Made by a program: the position numbers and the translations under genes
Origin: Pseudomonadota bacterium
Lineage (GTDB): Bacteria > Pseudomonadota > Gammaproteobacteria > Burkholderiales > Burkholderiaceae_C
Direction of reading: 5' to 3'
DNA length: 39,459 nt
NCBI GenBank assembly: GCA_041192465.1
Contig: JBEEMX010000001.1
Span: 1-39,459, forward strand
The notes under the pieces: generated by a model
What the model was told of the DNA's origin: nothing
What the model saw: only the letters and a program-made list of their open reading frames with translations
The model's database searches: none
Shown: one piece after another, positions 1 through 10,300 of the stretch
How the letters are laid out: the number at the start of each line of letters is the position of its first letter
Position numbering within the stretch: the first letter of the stretch is position 1

Positions 1-722
1 AGGATGTTGCGCTCGCTGGTGTAGTGCGCGCCCAGCTCGCGGCGTGCGGCGGCGAACTTCTTGGCATCCTCGCGGCCCGTTTCCAGCACCGCCTGGAACA
101 TGCTGCCAAAGATGGCCGGGCTGATGCTGCCCCAGTTCAGCGACGAGCATTGCAGGATGACGGCACGCTGTGCGGCGTCGAAATCCGGCAGCCGGCAGGA
201 CTCGGAAAAAAGCCGGCCGTTGACATACGCAAAGTCGGCGAACTTGGCCGGCAGCTTGGCGGAACGCTTGGCCACGGACGTGTCCAGCACCTCGAACAGC
301 TTCGACAGCGTGGAACCCAGATCGCTGCCATCCTCGGCCGAGTTCAGCAGCAGGCGATGGATCTGGGTGTTTTCACCGAAGATGCCGGTGTCATCGCCGA
401 AGAAACAGAAGATCAGCCGGGTGAGCAACACCTCCAGATCCCGCCCGCCGTAACCATCGGCTGTCAGCGCGCCATGCAGATCGGCCACCGCACGAGCCGC
501 CTTGATGTCAACGCCGGGTTGTTCGAGGAAGCCAACGCTGTCTTCCGCGGGCAGCAGGAACTTGAACAGCTCCGCCTTCTCGGGCAGTTCGTCGATGCAG
601 CTTCTGGCGGATAGCCGACCAGTCGGCGCGGCCCGGTGCGGAGGTCTTGGCGCCGGACTCGGCCGGGTTGCGCCCCGCGGGGGCGCGGGTGCTTCCTGTG
701 TCGCCGGGGGCTGCCAGGCCAT
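1..722 (-). CDS. MmeI-like (type IIL restriction-modification) adenine methyltransferase, partial (continues past window start); N-terminal endonuclease domain absent, possibly a pseudogene
   Basis: Not in the ORF track because it runs off the edge. The minus-strand frame from ATG 722 is open to position 1 and reads ...IDELPEKAELFKFL...VDIKAARAVADLHGAL...LEVLLTRLIFCFFGDDTGIF...EDGSDLGSTLSKLFEVLDT...FAYVNGRLF...LNWGSISPAIFGSMFQAV...RRELGAHYTSERNI. This matches the MmeI helical spacer and MTase-entry motifs (RLLFCLFAEDT, YING.LF, WSxISPAIFGSLFQ, LGAHYTS). Confidence 0.85.
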   Translation of the reverse strand, partial: MAWQPPATQEAPAPPRGATRPSPAPRPPHRAAPTGRLSARSCIDELPEKAELFKFLLPAEDSVGFLEQPGVDIKAARAVADLHGALTADGYGGRDLEVLLTRLIFCFFGDDTGIFGENTQIHRLLLNSAEDGSDLGSTLSKLFEVLDTSVAKRSAKLPAKFADFAYVNGRLFSESCRLPDFDAAQRAVILQCSSLNWGSISPAIFGSMFQAVLETGREDAKKFAAARRELGAHYTSERNI

Positions 723-770
723 GTTGGTGGCGGCCGGCCGCTTAGCCGGAGCCGATGGTCAGTAGATCCC

Positions 771-802
771 TTGACACAAGATTAACGTGCCAGTGATAGA
801 TT
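771..802 (+). promoter_or_regulatory. Possible sigma70 promoter of the RND operon
   Basis: TTGACA at 771-776 and extended -10-like TGnTAGATT at 794-802. The 20-nt spacer is non-optimal. Confidence 0.3.
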
Positions 803-857
803 GCACACCGCCCTGCGCCCGCCCCCTGCGCGCGCCGCTCCCCTGGCTGGAAGAGAC

Positions 858-2144
858 ATGAAGACCCAAACGATCGCCACCCTCCTGTTCGTCGCTGGTG
901 CAGCCGGCGGCACGTACTGGTGGATGCACAAACCCGCTGCAGCCGCGTCGGCCGATGCCCCCATGGCCGCAGGATCCGCCCCCGCTGGCGCCTCCGCCAC
1001 CGCCTCTGCCGCAGGGGGACGCGGCGGCCCGCAGACCGTCGGCGTCGCCCTGGCGCAACAGCGCGACGTGCCGGTGTCGATCGAGGCGGCCGGCAGCGTG
1101 GTGGCGCTGGACAGCGTCGAGCTGCGCCCGCTGACCACCGGCGTCGTCACCGAGGTGTCCGTCACCGAGGGCCAGCCGGTCAAGCGCGGCACGGTGCTGT
1201 TCAAGCTCGACGACCGGGCCGAACGTGCCAACCTGGAAAAAGCCAAGGCACAGCTCGCCAAGGACAAGGCCACGCAGGCCGACATCGAGCGCCAGCTCGC
1301 CCGCGCCAAGGAGCTGTTCGAGCAGAACTTCATCGCCCGCAACGCCGTGGACTCGCTGACGACCCAGCTCGACGCCCAGCTTGCCGCCGTGCGCGCCAGT
1401 CAGGCGGGCATCCAGTCCAGTGAAATTGCCCTGGGCAACAACGTGCTCAAGGCGCCGATGAGCGGCCGGGCCGGTGCGGTCAACGTCGTCAAGGGCAGCC
1501 TCGTGCAGCCGGGCGGCGCGGCAATGGTCACGCTCACGCAGATGGATCCGATCGGCGTGAGCTTCACCCTGCCGGAAAACCAGCTCGGCCCGCTGCGCAA
1601 GGCGGACAAGGAACTGGCGAAGGACGGGGGCGTGCCGCTGACCGTGCAACTGCCGGGCGAGCGGCGTGGCCAGCCGGCGGTGGCGCTGCCGGGCAACGTG
1701 AGCTTCATCGACAGCGGCGTGGACCCGACCACCGGCACGATCCGCGTCAAGGGCAAGCTGGTCAACGAGGGCCGCCAGCTCTGGCCGGGCCAGTACGTGA
1801 CCACCAAGCTGACGCTGCGCACCATCAAGGACGCCGTCGTCATCCCGCAGGCCGCCGTGATCGTGCGGGGCAACGAGCGGTCGGTCTACGTGGTCGATGC
1901 CGAGGGCAAGGCGCAGATGAAGCCGGTGCAGTTGCGCCAGCCGCTGGGTGAGCAGGTCGTGGTCGAGGGCATCACGGCCGGCGAGAAGATCGTCGTCGAG
2001 GGCAAGCAGAACCTGCGCCCCGGCACGCCGGTCAAGGAAGCACCGATGGGTGGCGGCAAGGGGGCCAGCGCGGCGGGTGCCGCCTCAGGTGCCGCCGCGG
2101 CGGCCAGCACCGCCGAGGTCGCCGCGAGCGGGGCGTCGCGATGA
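858..2144 (+). CDS. RND efflux periplasmic adaptor (membrane fusion protein), MdtA-like
   Basis: N-terminal membrane anchor; lipoyl-like motif VSVTEGQPVKRGTVLFKLDD; LKAPMSGRAG; IDSGVDPTTGTIRVKG; LWPGQYV. ATG 858 follows GGAAGA. Confidence 0.93.
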   Translation: MKTQTIATLLFVAGAAGGTYWWMHKPAAAASADAPMAAGSAPAGASATASAAGGRGGPQTVGVALAQQRDVPVSIEAAGSVVALDSVELRPLTTGVVTEVSVTEGQPVKRGTVLFKLDDRAERANLEKAKAQLAKDKATQADIERQLARAKELFEQNFIARNAVDSLTTQLDAQLAAVRASQAGIQSSEIALGNNVLKAPMSGRAGAVNVVKGSLVQPGGAAMVTLTQMDPIGVSFTLPENQLGPLRKADKELAKDGGVPLTVQLPGERRGQPAVALPGNVSFIDSGVDPTTGTIRVKGKLVNEGRQLWPGQYVTTKLTLRTIKDAVVIPQAAVIVRGNERSVYVVDAEGKAQMKPVQLRQPLGEQVVVEGITAGEKIVVEGKQNLRPGTPVKEAPMGGGKGASAAGAASGAAAAASTAEVAASGASR

Positions 2145-5100
2145 GCTTCACCGAACACTTCATCCGCCGTCCAGTGATGACGGTGCTGCTGAACCTGGCG
2201 ATCGTTCTCGCCGGGCTGGTGGCGCTGGGCAAGATCCCGGTGGCTGCCCTGCCGAGCTACAACACGCCGGTGATCCAGGTGTCCGCCGACCTCCCCGGCG
2301 CGAGTCCGGACACGATGGCGAGTTCCGTCGCGCTGCCGCTGGAAAAGCAGTTCTCGACCATCGCCGGACTGGCCACGATCAGCTCGACCAACACCCTTGG
2401 CCGCACCTCGATCACGCTGGAATTCGAGACCACCCGCAACATCGACGCCGCCGCCGTGGACGTGCAGGCCGCCCTCTTCCGCGCGCAGCGCACGCTCCCC
2501 GCGGACATGACCTCGCCGCCGTCCTACCGCAAGGTCAATCCGGCCGACGCCCCGGTGCTGCTGCTGGCGATGACCTCGCCGTCGATGTCGATGTCGGACC
2601 TCAACGAGTTCGCCGAGAACCTGATCTCGCCGAGCCTGTCCACCATCAACGGCGTGGCGCAGGTGTCGATCTTCGGCCAGAAGCGGTTTGCGGTGCGCAT
2701 CCGCGTCAAGCCGGAGACGCTGGCGCAACGTGGCCTGACGCTGGACGAGTTGCGCGCTGCGCTCGCCGGTGCGAATGCCAACTCCCCCGTCGGCACACTC
2801 GACGGCCCGCGCCAGACCCTCACCATCGTCGCCAACCGCCAGCTCGCCAGCGCCCGCGAGTTCGGCAACCTGATCGTCGCCACCCGCAACGGCGCCCCCG
2901 TCCGGCTGCGCGATGTGGCCGACGTGCAGGACAGCGTGGAGACCGCCAAGACCTTCGCCAGCTTCAACGGCGAGCCGTCGATCACGCTGGCCGTGCAGCG
3001 CCAGCCGGATGCGAACACCGTCGAGGTGGTGGACCGCGTGAAGGCGATGCTGCCGCGCTTCGAGACACAACTGCCGGCCTCCATCCGCCTGATGCCTGCC
3101 AACGACCGCTCGGTCTCGATCCGCGAGGCGCTGCACGACGTGAACCTGACGCTCGGGCTGACCATCGTGCTGGTGGTGCTGGTGATCTTCATCTTCCTGC
3201 GCCGGGTTGCGGCCACGGTGATCCCGGCGCTGTCCCTGCCGGTGTCGCTGATCGGCGCGCTGTCGCTGCTCTACGCGGGTGGTTACAGCCTGGACAACGT
3301 CTCGCTGCTGGGCATCACGCTGGCGGTCGGCCTGGTGGTGGACGATGCGATCGTGATGCTGGAGAACATCGTCCGCCACGTCGAGGACGGCATGGCCCCC
3401 TTCGAGGCCGCCATCAAGGGTGCCCGCGAGATGGCGTTCACCATCGTGTCCATCTCGATCTCGCTGGTGGCGGTGCTGATCCCGATCTTCTTCATGCCGG
3501 GGGTGATCGGGCTGCTGTTCCACGAGTTCGCGGTGGTGGTCGGCCTGTCGATCCTGGTGTCGGCGGTGGTGTCGCTGACGCTGGTGCCGATGCTGGCCAG
3601 CCGCTTCCTGCGCCACCATGAACCGCAGGAAGAATCGTGGCTCGGCCGCTGGTTCGAACGCGGTTTCGACGCCGTGCTGCGCTTCTACGGCCGCACGCTC
3701 GACTGGGCGCTGCGGTTCCGTTGGGTGGTGCTGCTGTTCGCGCTGGGTACCTTCGTGGCGACCGCGGTGCTGTTCGTCCAGATCCCCAAGGGTTTCTTCC
3801 CCGAGGAGGACATCGGGCAGTTGCAGGTGACGATCGAGGCATCGGAAGACATCTCCTTTGACGCGCTGCTCAAGGTCCAGGCACAGGTCAGCGGCATCTT
3901 CCAGAAAGACCCGGCCATCCGTGCCGTCAGCTCCTTCTCGGGTGGTGGCGGTGGCTCGACCCAGAACACCGGCCGCCTGTTCGTCACGCTGCACCCGCGC
4001 GGCCAGCGCCCGCCGATGGCGCAGGTGGTCGACAACCTGCGCAAGAAGACCCGCGGCATTCCCGGCGTGCAGGTCTTCATGCGTCCGATCCAGAACCTGC
4101 AGCTCGGTGGCCGGCAGAGCAAGAGCCGCTACCAGTACACGCTGCAGAGCGTGAGCGCCGACTCGCTCAACGAATGGGCCGGCAAGCTCCAGGCCAAGCT
4201 GCGCGACGACACCCTGTTCCGCGACATCACCAGCGACTCGCAGCAGCGCGGCCTGCAGGCCAGCCTGCAGATCGACCGCGACAAGGCGGCCCTGCTCGGC
4301 GTGTCGATGGCGGATCTGCGCAGCGCCCTCTACAGCGCCTATGGCGAGCGCCAGGTCTCGACCATCTACGCCCCCAGCAACACCTACCAGGTGCTGATGG
4401 AAGCCAGCGAGGCCGACAAGCAGTTCGAGGACGCCTTCAACAAGATCTCGCTGCGCAGCAGGACCGGCGCGCTGGTGCCGCTGAGTGCCTTCGCCACCGT
4501 GCAGCGCACCATCGGCCCGACGGCAGTGAACCACCAGGGGCAGTTGCAGGCGGTGACGCTGAGCTTCAACCTCGCGCCCGACGTGCCGCTGGGCACCGCG
4601 ACCGCCAAGCTCGACGGTTACGTCAGCGAGCTGCAGATGCCCGCCACGCTCATCGGCACCTACGGCGGTGATGCGGCGGTATTCCAGGATTCGCAGTCCG
4701 GCCAGCTCATGCTGCTGGGGCTGGCGGTGCTGGTGATCTACCTGCTGCTGGGCGTGTTGTACGAGAGCTTCATCCACCCGCTGACCATCCTGGCGGGCCT
4801 GCCGTCGGCGGCGGTGGGGGCGCTGGCGACGCTGACGCTGTTCGGCATGGACCTGACGGTGATCGCCACCATCGGCCTGCTGATGCTGATCGGCATCGTC
4901 AAGAAGAACGCGATCATGATGATCGACTTCGCGCTGGAGGCCCAGCGCCACCAGGGCATGACCCCGACGGAGGCCATCCGCCAGGCCGGTCTGCTGCGGC
5001 TGCGGCCGATCGTGATGACGACGCTGGCGGCGCTGATGGGCGCGTTGCCGATCGCGCTCGGGCTGGGCGCCGGCGCCGAGCTGCGCCAGCCGCTCGGTCT

Positions 5101-5233
5101 GGCGGTGGTCGGCGGACTGGTGGTGTCGCAGTTCGTGACGCTCTACATCACGCCGGTGATCTACGTGACGCTGGACCGCTGGAGCGGGCGCGGGCCCATC
5201 ATCGATCCGGAAGTCGGCGACCAGCCCGTCTGA
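2141..5233 (+). CDS. RND efflux transporter permease (MdtB/MdtC-like)
   Basis: 1030 aa; FIRRPV start; proton-relay motifs GLVVDDAIV, GIVKKNAIM and RLRPIVMTT; ATGA overlap with the MFP gene. Confidence 0.95.
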   Translation: MSFTEHFIRRPVMTVLLNLAIVLAGLVALGKIPVAALPSYNTPVIQVSADLPGASPDTMASSVALPLEKQFSTIAGLATISSTNTLGRTSITLEFETTRNIDAAAVDVQAALFRAQRTLPADMTSPPSYRKVNPADAPVLLLAMTSPSMSMSDLNEFAENLISPSLSTINGVAQVSIFGQKRFAVRIRVKPETLAQRGLTLDELRAALAGANANSPVGTLDGPRQTLTIVANRQLASAREFGNLIVATRNGAPVRLRDVADVQDSVETAKTFASFNGEPSITLAVQRQPDANTVEVVDRVKAMLPRFETQLPASIRLMPANDRSVSIREALHDVNLTLGLTIVLVVLVIFIFLRRVAATVIPALSLPVSLIGALSLLYAGGYSLDNVSLLGITLAVGLVVDDAIVMLENIVRHVEDGMAPFEAAIKGAREMAFTIVSISISLVAVLIPIFFMPGVIGLLFHEFAVVVGLSILVSAVVSLTLVPMLASRFLRHHEPQEESWLGRWFERGFDAVLRFYGRTLDWALRFRWVVLLFALGTFVATAVLFVQIPKGFFPEEDIGQLQVTIEASEDISFDALLKVQAQVSGIFQKDPAIRAVSSFSGGGGGSTQNTGRLFVTLHPRGQRPPMAQVVDNLRKKTRGIPGVQVFMRPIQNLQLGGRQSKSRYQYTLQSVSADSLNEWAGKLQAKLRDDTLFRDITSDSQQRGLQASLQIDRDKAALLGVSMADLRSALYSAYGERQVSTIYAPSNTYQVLMEASEADKQFEDAFNKISLRSRTGALVPLSAFATVQRTIGPTAVNHQGQLQAVTLSFNLAPDVPLGTATAKLDGYVSELQMPATLIGTYGGDAAVFQDSQSGQLMLLGLAVLVIYLLLGVLYESFIHPLTILAGLPSAAVGALATLTLFGMDLTVIATIGLLMLIGIVKKNAIMMIDFALEAQRHQGMTPTEAIRQAGLLRLRPIVMTTLAALMGALPIALGLGAGAELRQPLGLAVVGGLVVSQFVTLYITPVIYVTLDRWSGRGPIIDPEVGDQPV

Positions 5234-5246
5234 CGCACCACCCCGC

Positions 5247-7325
5247 CTAGCGGTGCCCGGACAGCAACAGTCCGGGCAGCCCGCTCACCCGCCGCGTTCG
5301 CCGCTGCAGCGCCTGGCTCCACACCGAGGGGTCCGGGGCCACCAGCGTGAACGCGGTTTTTGCACGCGTGATGCCGGTGTAGACCAGCTCCCGCGTCAAC
5401 ACCGGGGTCAGGTGTGGCGGCAGCACCAGCGCGACGTGCTCGAACTCCGAACCCTGCGACTTGTGGACCGTCATCGCGAACGCGGTCTCGATCGCTGCCA
5501 GCCGGCTCGCCATCACCGAGCGCGGCGGCTGGCCCTCCCCGTCGAGCAGCCACACCCGCAGGCCCGTGCCGCCATCGACCCCCGGCAGTGCCACGCCCAC
5601 GTCGCCGTTGTAGACACCGAGGGCGGCGTCGTTGCGCGTGACCATCACGGGCCGGCCGGCGTACCACTCGCCATGGCGCGCAATGGCACCGCGGCTGCGC
5701 AGGTGGGATTCGATGCGCGCATTCAGCCCGGTCACACCCCATTCCCCTTCCCGCAGTGCGCACAGCAGCCGCACCCGCTCGAACGCCCGCACGACCCGCA
5801 CGACCCAGGACTGGTGCGCAGCGGCGTCTCCCGCGGGCGGTCGTTGCTGGAGTTCGGCCAGATAGAGGTCGTAGCCGATCGGCGCACCCGCGCGGCCCTG
5901 CAGCGCCAGCCCCAGCACCGCCGGCAACGCCTGCGCCTCGGTCAGCGTCAGCCGCTGCACGGCGGCATCCGGCGCGCGGAGCACGGCATCCGCGCCGCGC
6001 ACATCCCCCGCATTGACCGCCTTGGCCAGCGCCCCGATGGCGCCCTGAAACCGCCGGCTCTCGCGCAGCATCACCGTCTGCTGCGCCAGTGCAGGCCGTG
6101 GCGTGCCGGGGCGGTGGCGCAGCGCGGGCGGCACCGCCCCGCCGGTGCAGGCCGCGATCCAGGCCACGCTATCGGCGTCATACTGCCCGCGCTCCGCCTG
6201 TCCGCACAGGTCACCCAGCACCGCGCCCGCCTCCACCGACGCCAACTGGTCCTTGTCCCCCAGCAACACCAGCCGCGCCCGCTCCGGCAGCGCGGCCAGC
6301 AGCGCGGCCATCATCTCCAGGTGGACCATCGAGGCTTCGTCCACCACCAGCAGATCGACATCCAGCGGGTGGCGCGCGTCGTGGCGCAGCGCGCGGGTGT
6401 CGGGGCGGGCGCCGAGCAGGCGGTGCAGCGTCAGCGCCTCCTTCAGGCGCTTGGCCAGCAGCGCCCAGTCCAGCGCGTCCGGCAACGCAGCGCCGAGCTG
6501 GCCGAGCGCCTGGTCGATCGACTGCTTCAGCCGCGCCGCCGCCTTGCCAGTCGGGGCGGCGAGTGCGATGCGCAGCGTCTCGGGCGCGGGGTGCAGCGCG
6601 AACAGCAAGGCCAGCAGGCGGGCGACGGTGTAGGTCTTGCCCGTGCCGGGGCCACCCGTGATGAGCGCCAGCCGACCACGCAGGGCCATGGCGCAGGCGG
6701 TGCGCTGCCAGTCGGGGGCCACGGACGCTGGGTCGCTGGCGGGGCCGAACAAGCGGTCCAGCCAACCCCGCACGACGGCCGCATCGGGAACCACTTCGCC
6801 GGGATGCGGCCCCACGGCGCGCGACAACACCGCCCGTGCCACCGCCTGCTCGTCGCGCCAGTGGCGGCGCAGGTACAGGCGTGTGCCGTCGGGAGTGTGT
6901 TCCAGGACCAGGGGCGCCTGTCCGCTGGCCGCGTCGATGCCCTCGTCCACGGCGTCGCTGCCTTGCAGGCCGTTCAGCCAGTCGCCACGGTCAGGCGACA
7001 GGCGCTGCAGAGTGGCCGCCAGCGCAGCGCGCGCAGCACCTGGGCCGTCGAGCCAGGCGTCGTCGTCCGGGCGGACCACCGCGTCCGGGCGGCGCTGGGC
7101 CAGCAACTCGTCCAGCGCGATGCAGGTGTGGCCGCGGCTTTCGCGCTGCGCCAGCAAGGCGGCGGACAGAAGCAGCTCGGGTGCAGCGTCCGGCAACTCG
7201 GCGGCCAGCCAGCGCGCCAGCGCCACGTCCAGCCGACGCAGCCAGCCGGCGTCGCACCAGCGGTCGAGTTCGGCGAGCAACTCGGCGGCGGTCAGCGGCC
7301 CGGTGGGGTCCAGGGTTGGCAGCAT
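5247..7325 (-). CDS. recD: Exodeoxyribonuclease V alpha subunit
   Basis: ESRGHTC, RLYLRR, Walker A TGGPGTGKT, APTGKAAARL, TLHRLLG, VVDEASM, GDKDQLASVEAG, AMTVHKSQGSEF, YTGITRAK. Confidence 0.97.
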   Translation of the reverse strand: MLPTLDPTGPLTAAELLAELDRWCDAGWLRRLDVALARWLAAELPDAAPELLLSAALLAQRESRGHTCIALDELLAQRRPDAVVRPDDDAWLDGPGAARAALAATLQRLSPDRGDWLNGLQGSDAVDEGIDAASGQAPLVLEHTPDGTRLYLRRHWRDEQAVARAVLSRAVGPHPGEVVPDAAVVRGWLDRLFGPASDPASVAPDWQRTACAMALRGRLALITGGPGTGKTYTVARLLALLFALHPAPETLRIALAAPTGKAAARLKQSIDQALGQLGAALPDALDWALLAKRLKEALTLHRLLGARPDTRALRHDARHPLDVDLLVVDEASMVHLEMMAALLAALPERARLVLLGDKDQLASVEAGAVLGDLCGQAERGQYDADSVAWIAACTGGAVPPALRHRPGTPRPALAQQTVMLRESRRFQGAIGALAKAVNAGDVRGADAVLRAPDAAVQRLTLTEAQALPAVLGLALQGRAGAPIGYDLYLAELQQRPPAGDAAAHQSWVVRVVRAFERVRLLCALREGEWGVTGLNARIESHLRSRGAIARHGEWYAGRPVMVTRNDAALGVYNGDVGVALPGVDGGTGLRVWLLDGEGQPPRSVMASRLAAIETAFAMTVHKSQGSEFEHVALVLPPHLTPVLTRELVYTGITRAKTAFTLVAPDPSVWSQALQRRTRRVSGLPGLLLSGHR

Positions 7326-10300
7326 CAGGCACTCACCATCGGATCAAGGTCGGGTTCGGGTTGGGATTCAGGTTCAGAGCTTGGATCGTTCAGGCAGGCG
7401 TCCAGTGCATCCAGCAGCGCCAGCGGCGCCGGCACCACCACGCAACCCGCCTGCGGACCCCGCACCCCGCGCAGGAAGAGGTAGACCGCGCCGCCCAGAT
7501 GCAAGGCGGGGTCATAACCGTCGCCCAGCCGCTGGCGCAGCAGGCGGTGCAACGCCAGCAGGTAGAGCGCCGCTTGCAGGTCGTAGCGGTGCGCGAGCAT
7601 GGCGGTGTCGAGGGCGGCGGCGTGGTAGTCCGCATCGCCATCGCCGAGGTGGTTGGACTTGTAGTCCAGCACCCACCAGCGCCCGCCGTGCTCGAACACC
7701 AGATCGGCGAAGCCCATCAGCAGGCCCTGCAACACCCGCGGCACCAGCGCCGGCCGCGCCTGACCGGGCAACAGGCGCTCGCGGCAGACGCGGTCGAGGG
7801 CGGCACTGCGCAGCGCCACGCTCGGCATCCAGAACTCCATCTCCGGCAGCACCGCGCCGATCGCTGACAACGCCGCGCCCCCCAGCACCGGCAACGGCGT
7901 GGTCAGCACCGCGCCCATCCACGCCACCACCTCGTCGGCGCGGTCGGTGTGGCCGTGGCGCTCGCAGCGGCGGCGGATGAACGCCTGCACCGCCGGGGTG
8001 TCCCAGCGGTCGAAGCCCTCTTCGGCCAGCCACTGCAGCAGCTCGTGCAGGAAGTTGCCGGCCAGCGCGCCCTTGGGGAAGCGGTGCCACGCGGCATCGG
8101 CCAGCACGGGCACCGGTGCTGGCACCTCCACGGCCAACCCCGTGGTGTCCAGATCGGCCAGCCACTCCTCGCGCAACTGCTCGTTCCTCGCCGGATCGAC
8201 CGCCCACGACGACGCGGGCACCAACCGGTCGCCCTCCGCCTCGCGCCCGCTGCGCAGATCGCGCACCAGCGCGGAGAAGCTGCCCACGGTCCAGCGGCGG
8301 TCGAACGCCGCCTGGTAGCGCGGCGCCTCGGCCAGCGCGACCGGTGTCGCCGCGCGCCGCAGCCGGGTGTAGCCGGGGCGCGCAGGCAGCGTTTCGACGG
8401 ACACGCTGCCGGGCAGGGCCACGCCGCCGTGCGGCACCGCCCAGTCGTTCAGCCGCTCCAGCGCCAGCGCGGGCGACAGCTCCCCCAGGCCCCCCCCGAG
8501 CAGATAACCCAGCGCACTGCGGTCCAGCTTGTTGCCACCCGACTTGCTGCCCTTGTTCTTGAGGAACCCGACGCCCAGCCACAGCGCATGCCGTGCCCGC
8601 GTCAACGCGACGTAGAGCAGCCGCAAGTCCTCGCGCAGCCGCTCGCGATCGGCCGAGGCCATGGCGTCGTCGCTGAGCGTGAAGTCGAGCGCGCGCGTGC
8701 CGTCGTGGTCCACCCAGGGGATGAAGCGGCGCCCGCGCCGGTCCACCTCGCGGCAGGACGACGCAAACGGCATGAACACCACCGGGTACTCCAGCCCCTT
8801 GGACTTGTGGACCGTGACCACCTGCACCAGCTCCGCGTCGCTTTCCAGCCGCACCACCCGCTCGTCGCCTGCGCCACCGAAGCCGTGGATCTGCTCGGCC
8901 AGCCAGCGGATCTGTGCCTGTTCGCCGTCGAGCTGGGCCGCGGCGGCCTGCAGCAGCTCCCCCAGGTGCAGCAGATTGGTCAGCCGGCGCTCGCCGTCGG
9001 GAGGCGCATCGGCTGCACCGAGCCAGCGTGCTGGCAGGTCCAACGCATGCAGCGTCTGCCGGACCAGCGTCAGCACACCTTGCCGCTGCCAGACGCCGCG
9101 CAGGCGCTGCAACTGCGCGAGCCGCACGTCCCAGGCCAGCTCATCCGTCACCAGCCGCGCCAGCGCCTCCAGATCCAGCCCGACCGTCGCGGTGGCATAC
9201 GCGGCCCGGGCCAGCGGCGCGTTCAGCGGGTCGGCCACCGCCTGCAGCCAGCGCAGCAGGTCGGCCGCCTCGGCGGAGGCAAACACCGAATCCTGGTCCG
9301 ACAGGTAGACCGAACTGACCCCACGCCGCCGCAGCGCCAGCCGCACAGCGTCCGCCTCGCGCCGGCTGCGCACCAGCACGGCGACATGCCCCGGCGCCAG
9401 CCGCTGCCACGCGCCATCCGGGGCGCGAAAACCCACCGTCGCGTCGTTCAGCCAGTCCACCAACTGCTCCGCGGCGTGCTGCGCGAGCGCGTCGGTGAGC
9501 GCGCGCTGGGGCATCGCGGCATCGAGCGCGCGGGCCGTCAACGCCGGCAGTAGCGCCTCTCCGCGGACCAGCACTTCGCTGCGGCCCCGCGCCTCGACCG
9601 GCTCGAATGGCAACGCCAGCGGCCCACCCTTCGCGAAGGCAAAGGCGCCGCCCGACCAGCGGCGCTCCGCCTGCGCGAACACCGTGTTGACCGCGCCGAT
9701 CAGCGCCCGGGTCGAGCGGAAGTTGGTGCCGAGCACGTGGTGGCGGCCCTCGGTCGCCTGACGGACTTGCAGGTAGCTGTAGATGTCGGCGCCACGGAAG
9801 CCGTAGATCGACTGCTTCGGGTCGCCGATCAGCAGCAGCGCGGTGGCCGGGTCGTGGTCGGCGACGCGGTAGAGGCGGTCGAACAGGCGGTATTGCAGTG
9901 GAGAGGTATCCTGGAACTCATCGATCAGCGCGACGGGGTATTGCGCCAGAATGCTCTGGCGCAGGCGCTCGCCGGCCTCCCCCGCCTCGGGCGAGAGCGC
10001 CTGGTCGAGCCGTGCCTGCAGGTCGGCGAAACCGAAGCGGGCGCTGCGGCGCTTGAGCTGGTCGAGCCGGCGGGCCACGCGGTGCGTGAGGTGGCGCAGC
10101 AGGCGGGGCGCCAGCGGCTCCAGCATGTCGAGGGCCTGCTGCAGCGCCTCGAACTCGGCGAACTCGGGCAGCAGCGGTGGCGGTCGGTGGCCTTTCTTGT
10201 ACGCCTTGACGATGCCGTCCGGCGTCAGGCGGGTCCGGCCAGTGTCGGGCGACAGCACCAGCAGGTCCGCATCCGGGTCGTCCGCCCAGGCGACGATCTG

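Noticed and set aside
121-140. Suspected frameshift in the MmeI-like gene at the C-run
   Set aside because: Recounting gives CTG AAC TGG GGC AGC ATC (LNWGSI), which is in frame.
24-614. 196-aa plus-strand ORF
   Set aside because: Antisense shadow of the MmeI-like frame; no recognisable motifs.
1886-4951. 1021-aa minus-strand ORF
   Set aside because: Antisense to the RND permease; a typical stop-poor shadow in high-GC DNA.
7325-7395. Repetitive lower-GC segment at the recB 3' end
   Set aside because: Encodes a Pro/Glu/Asp-rich tail; no independent repeat element.
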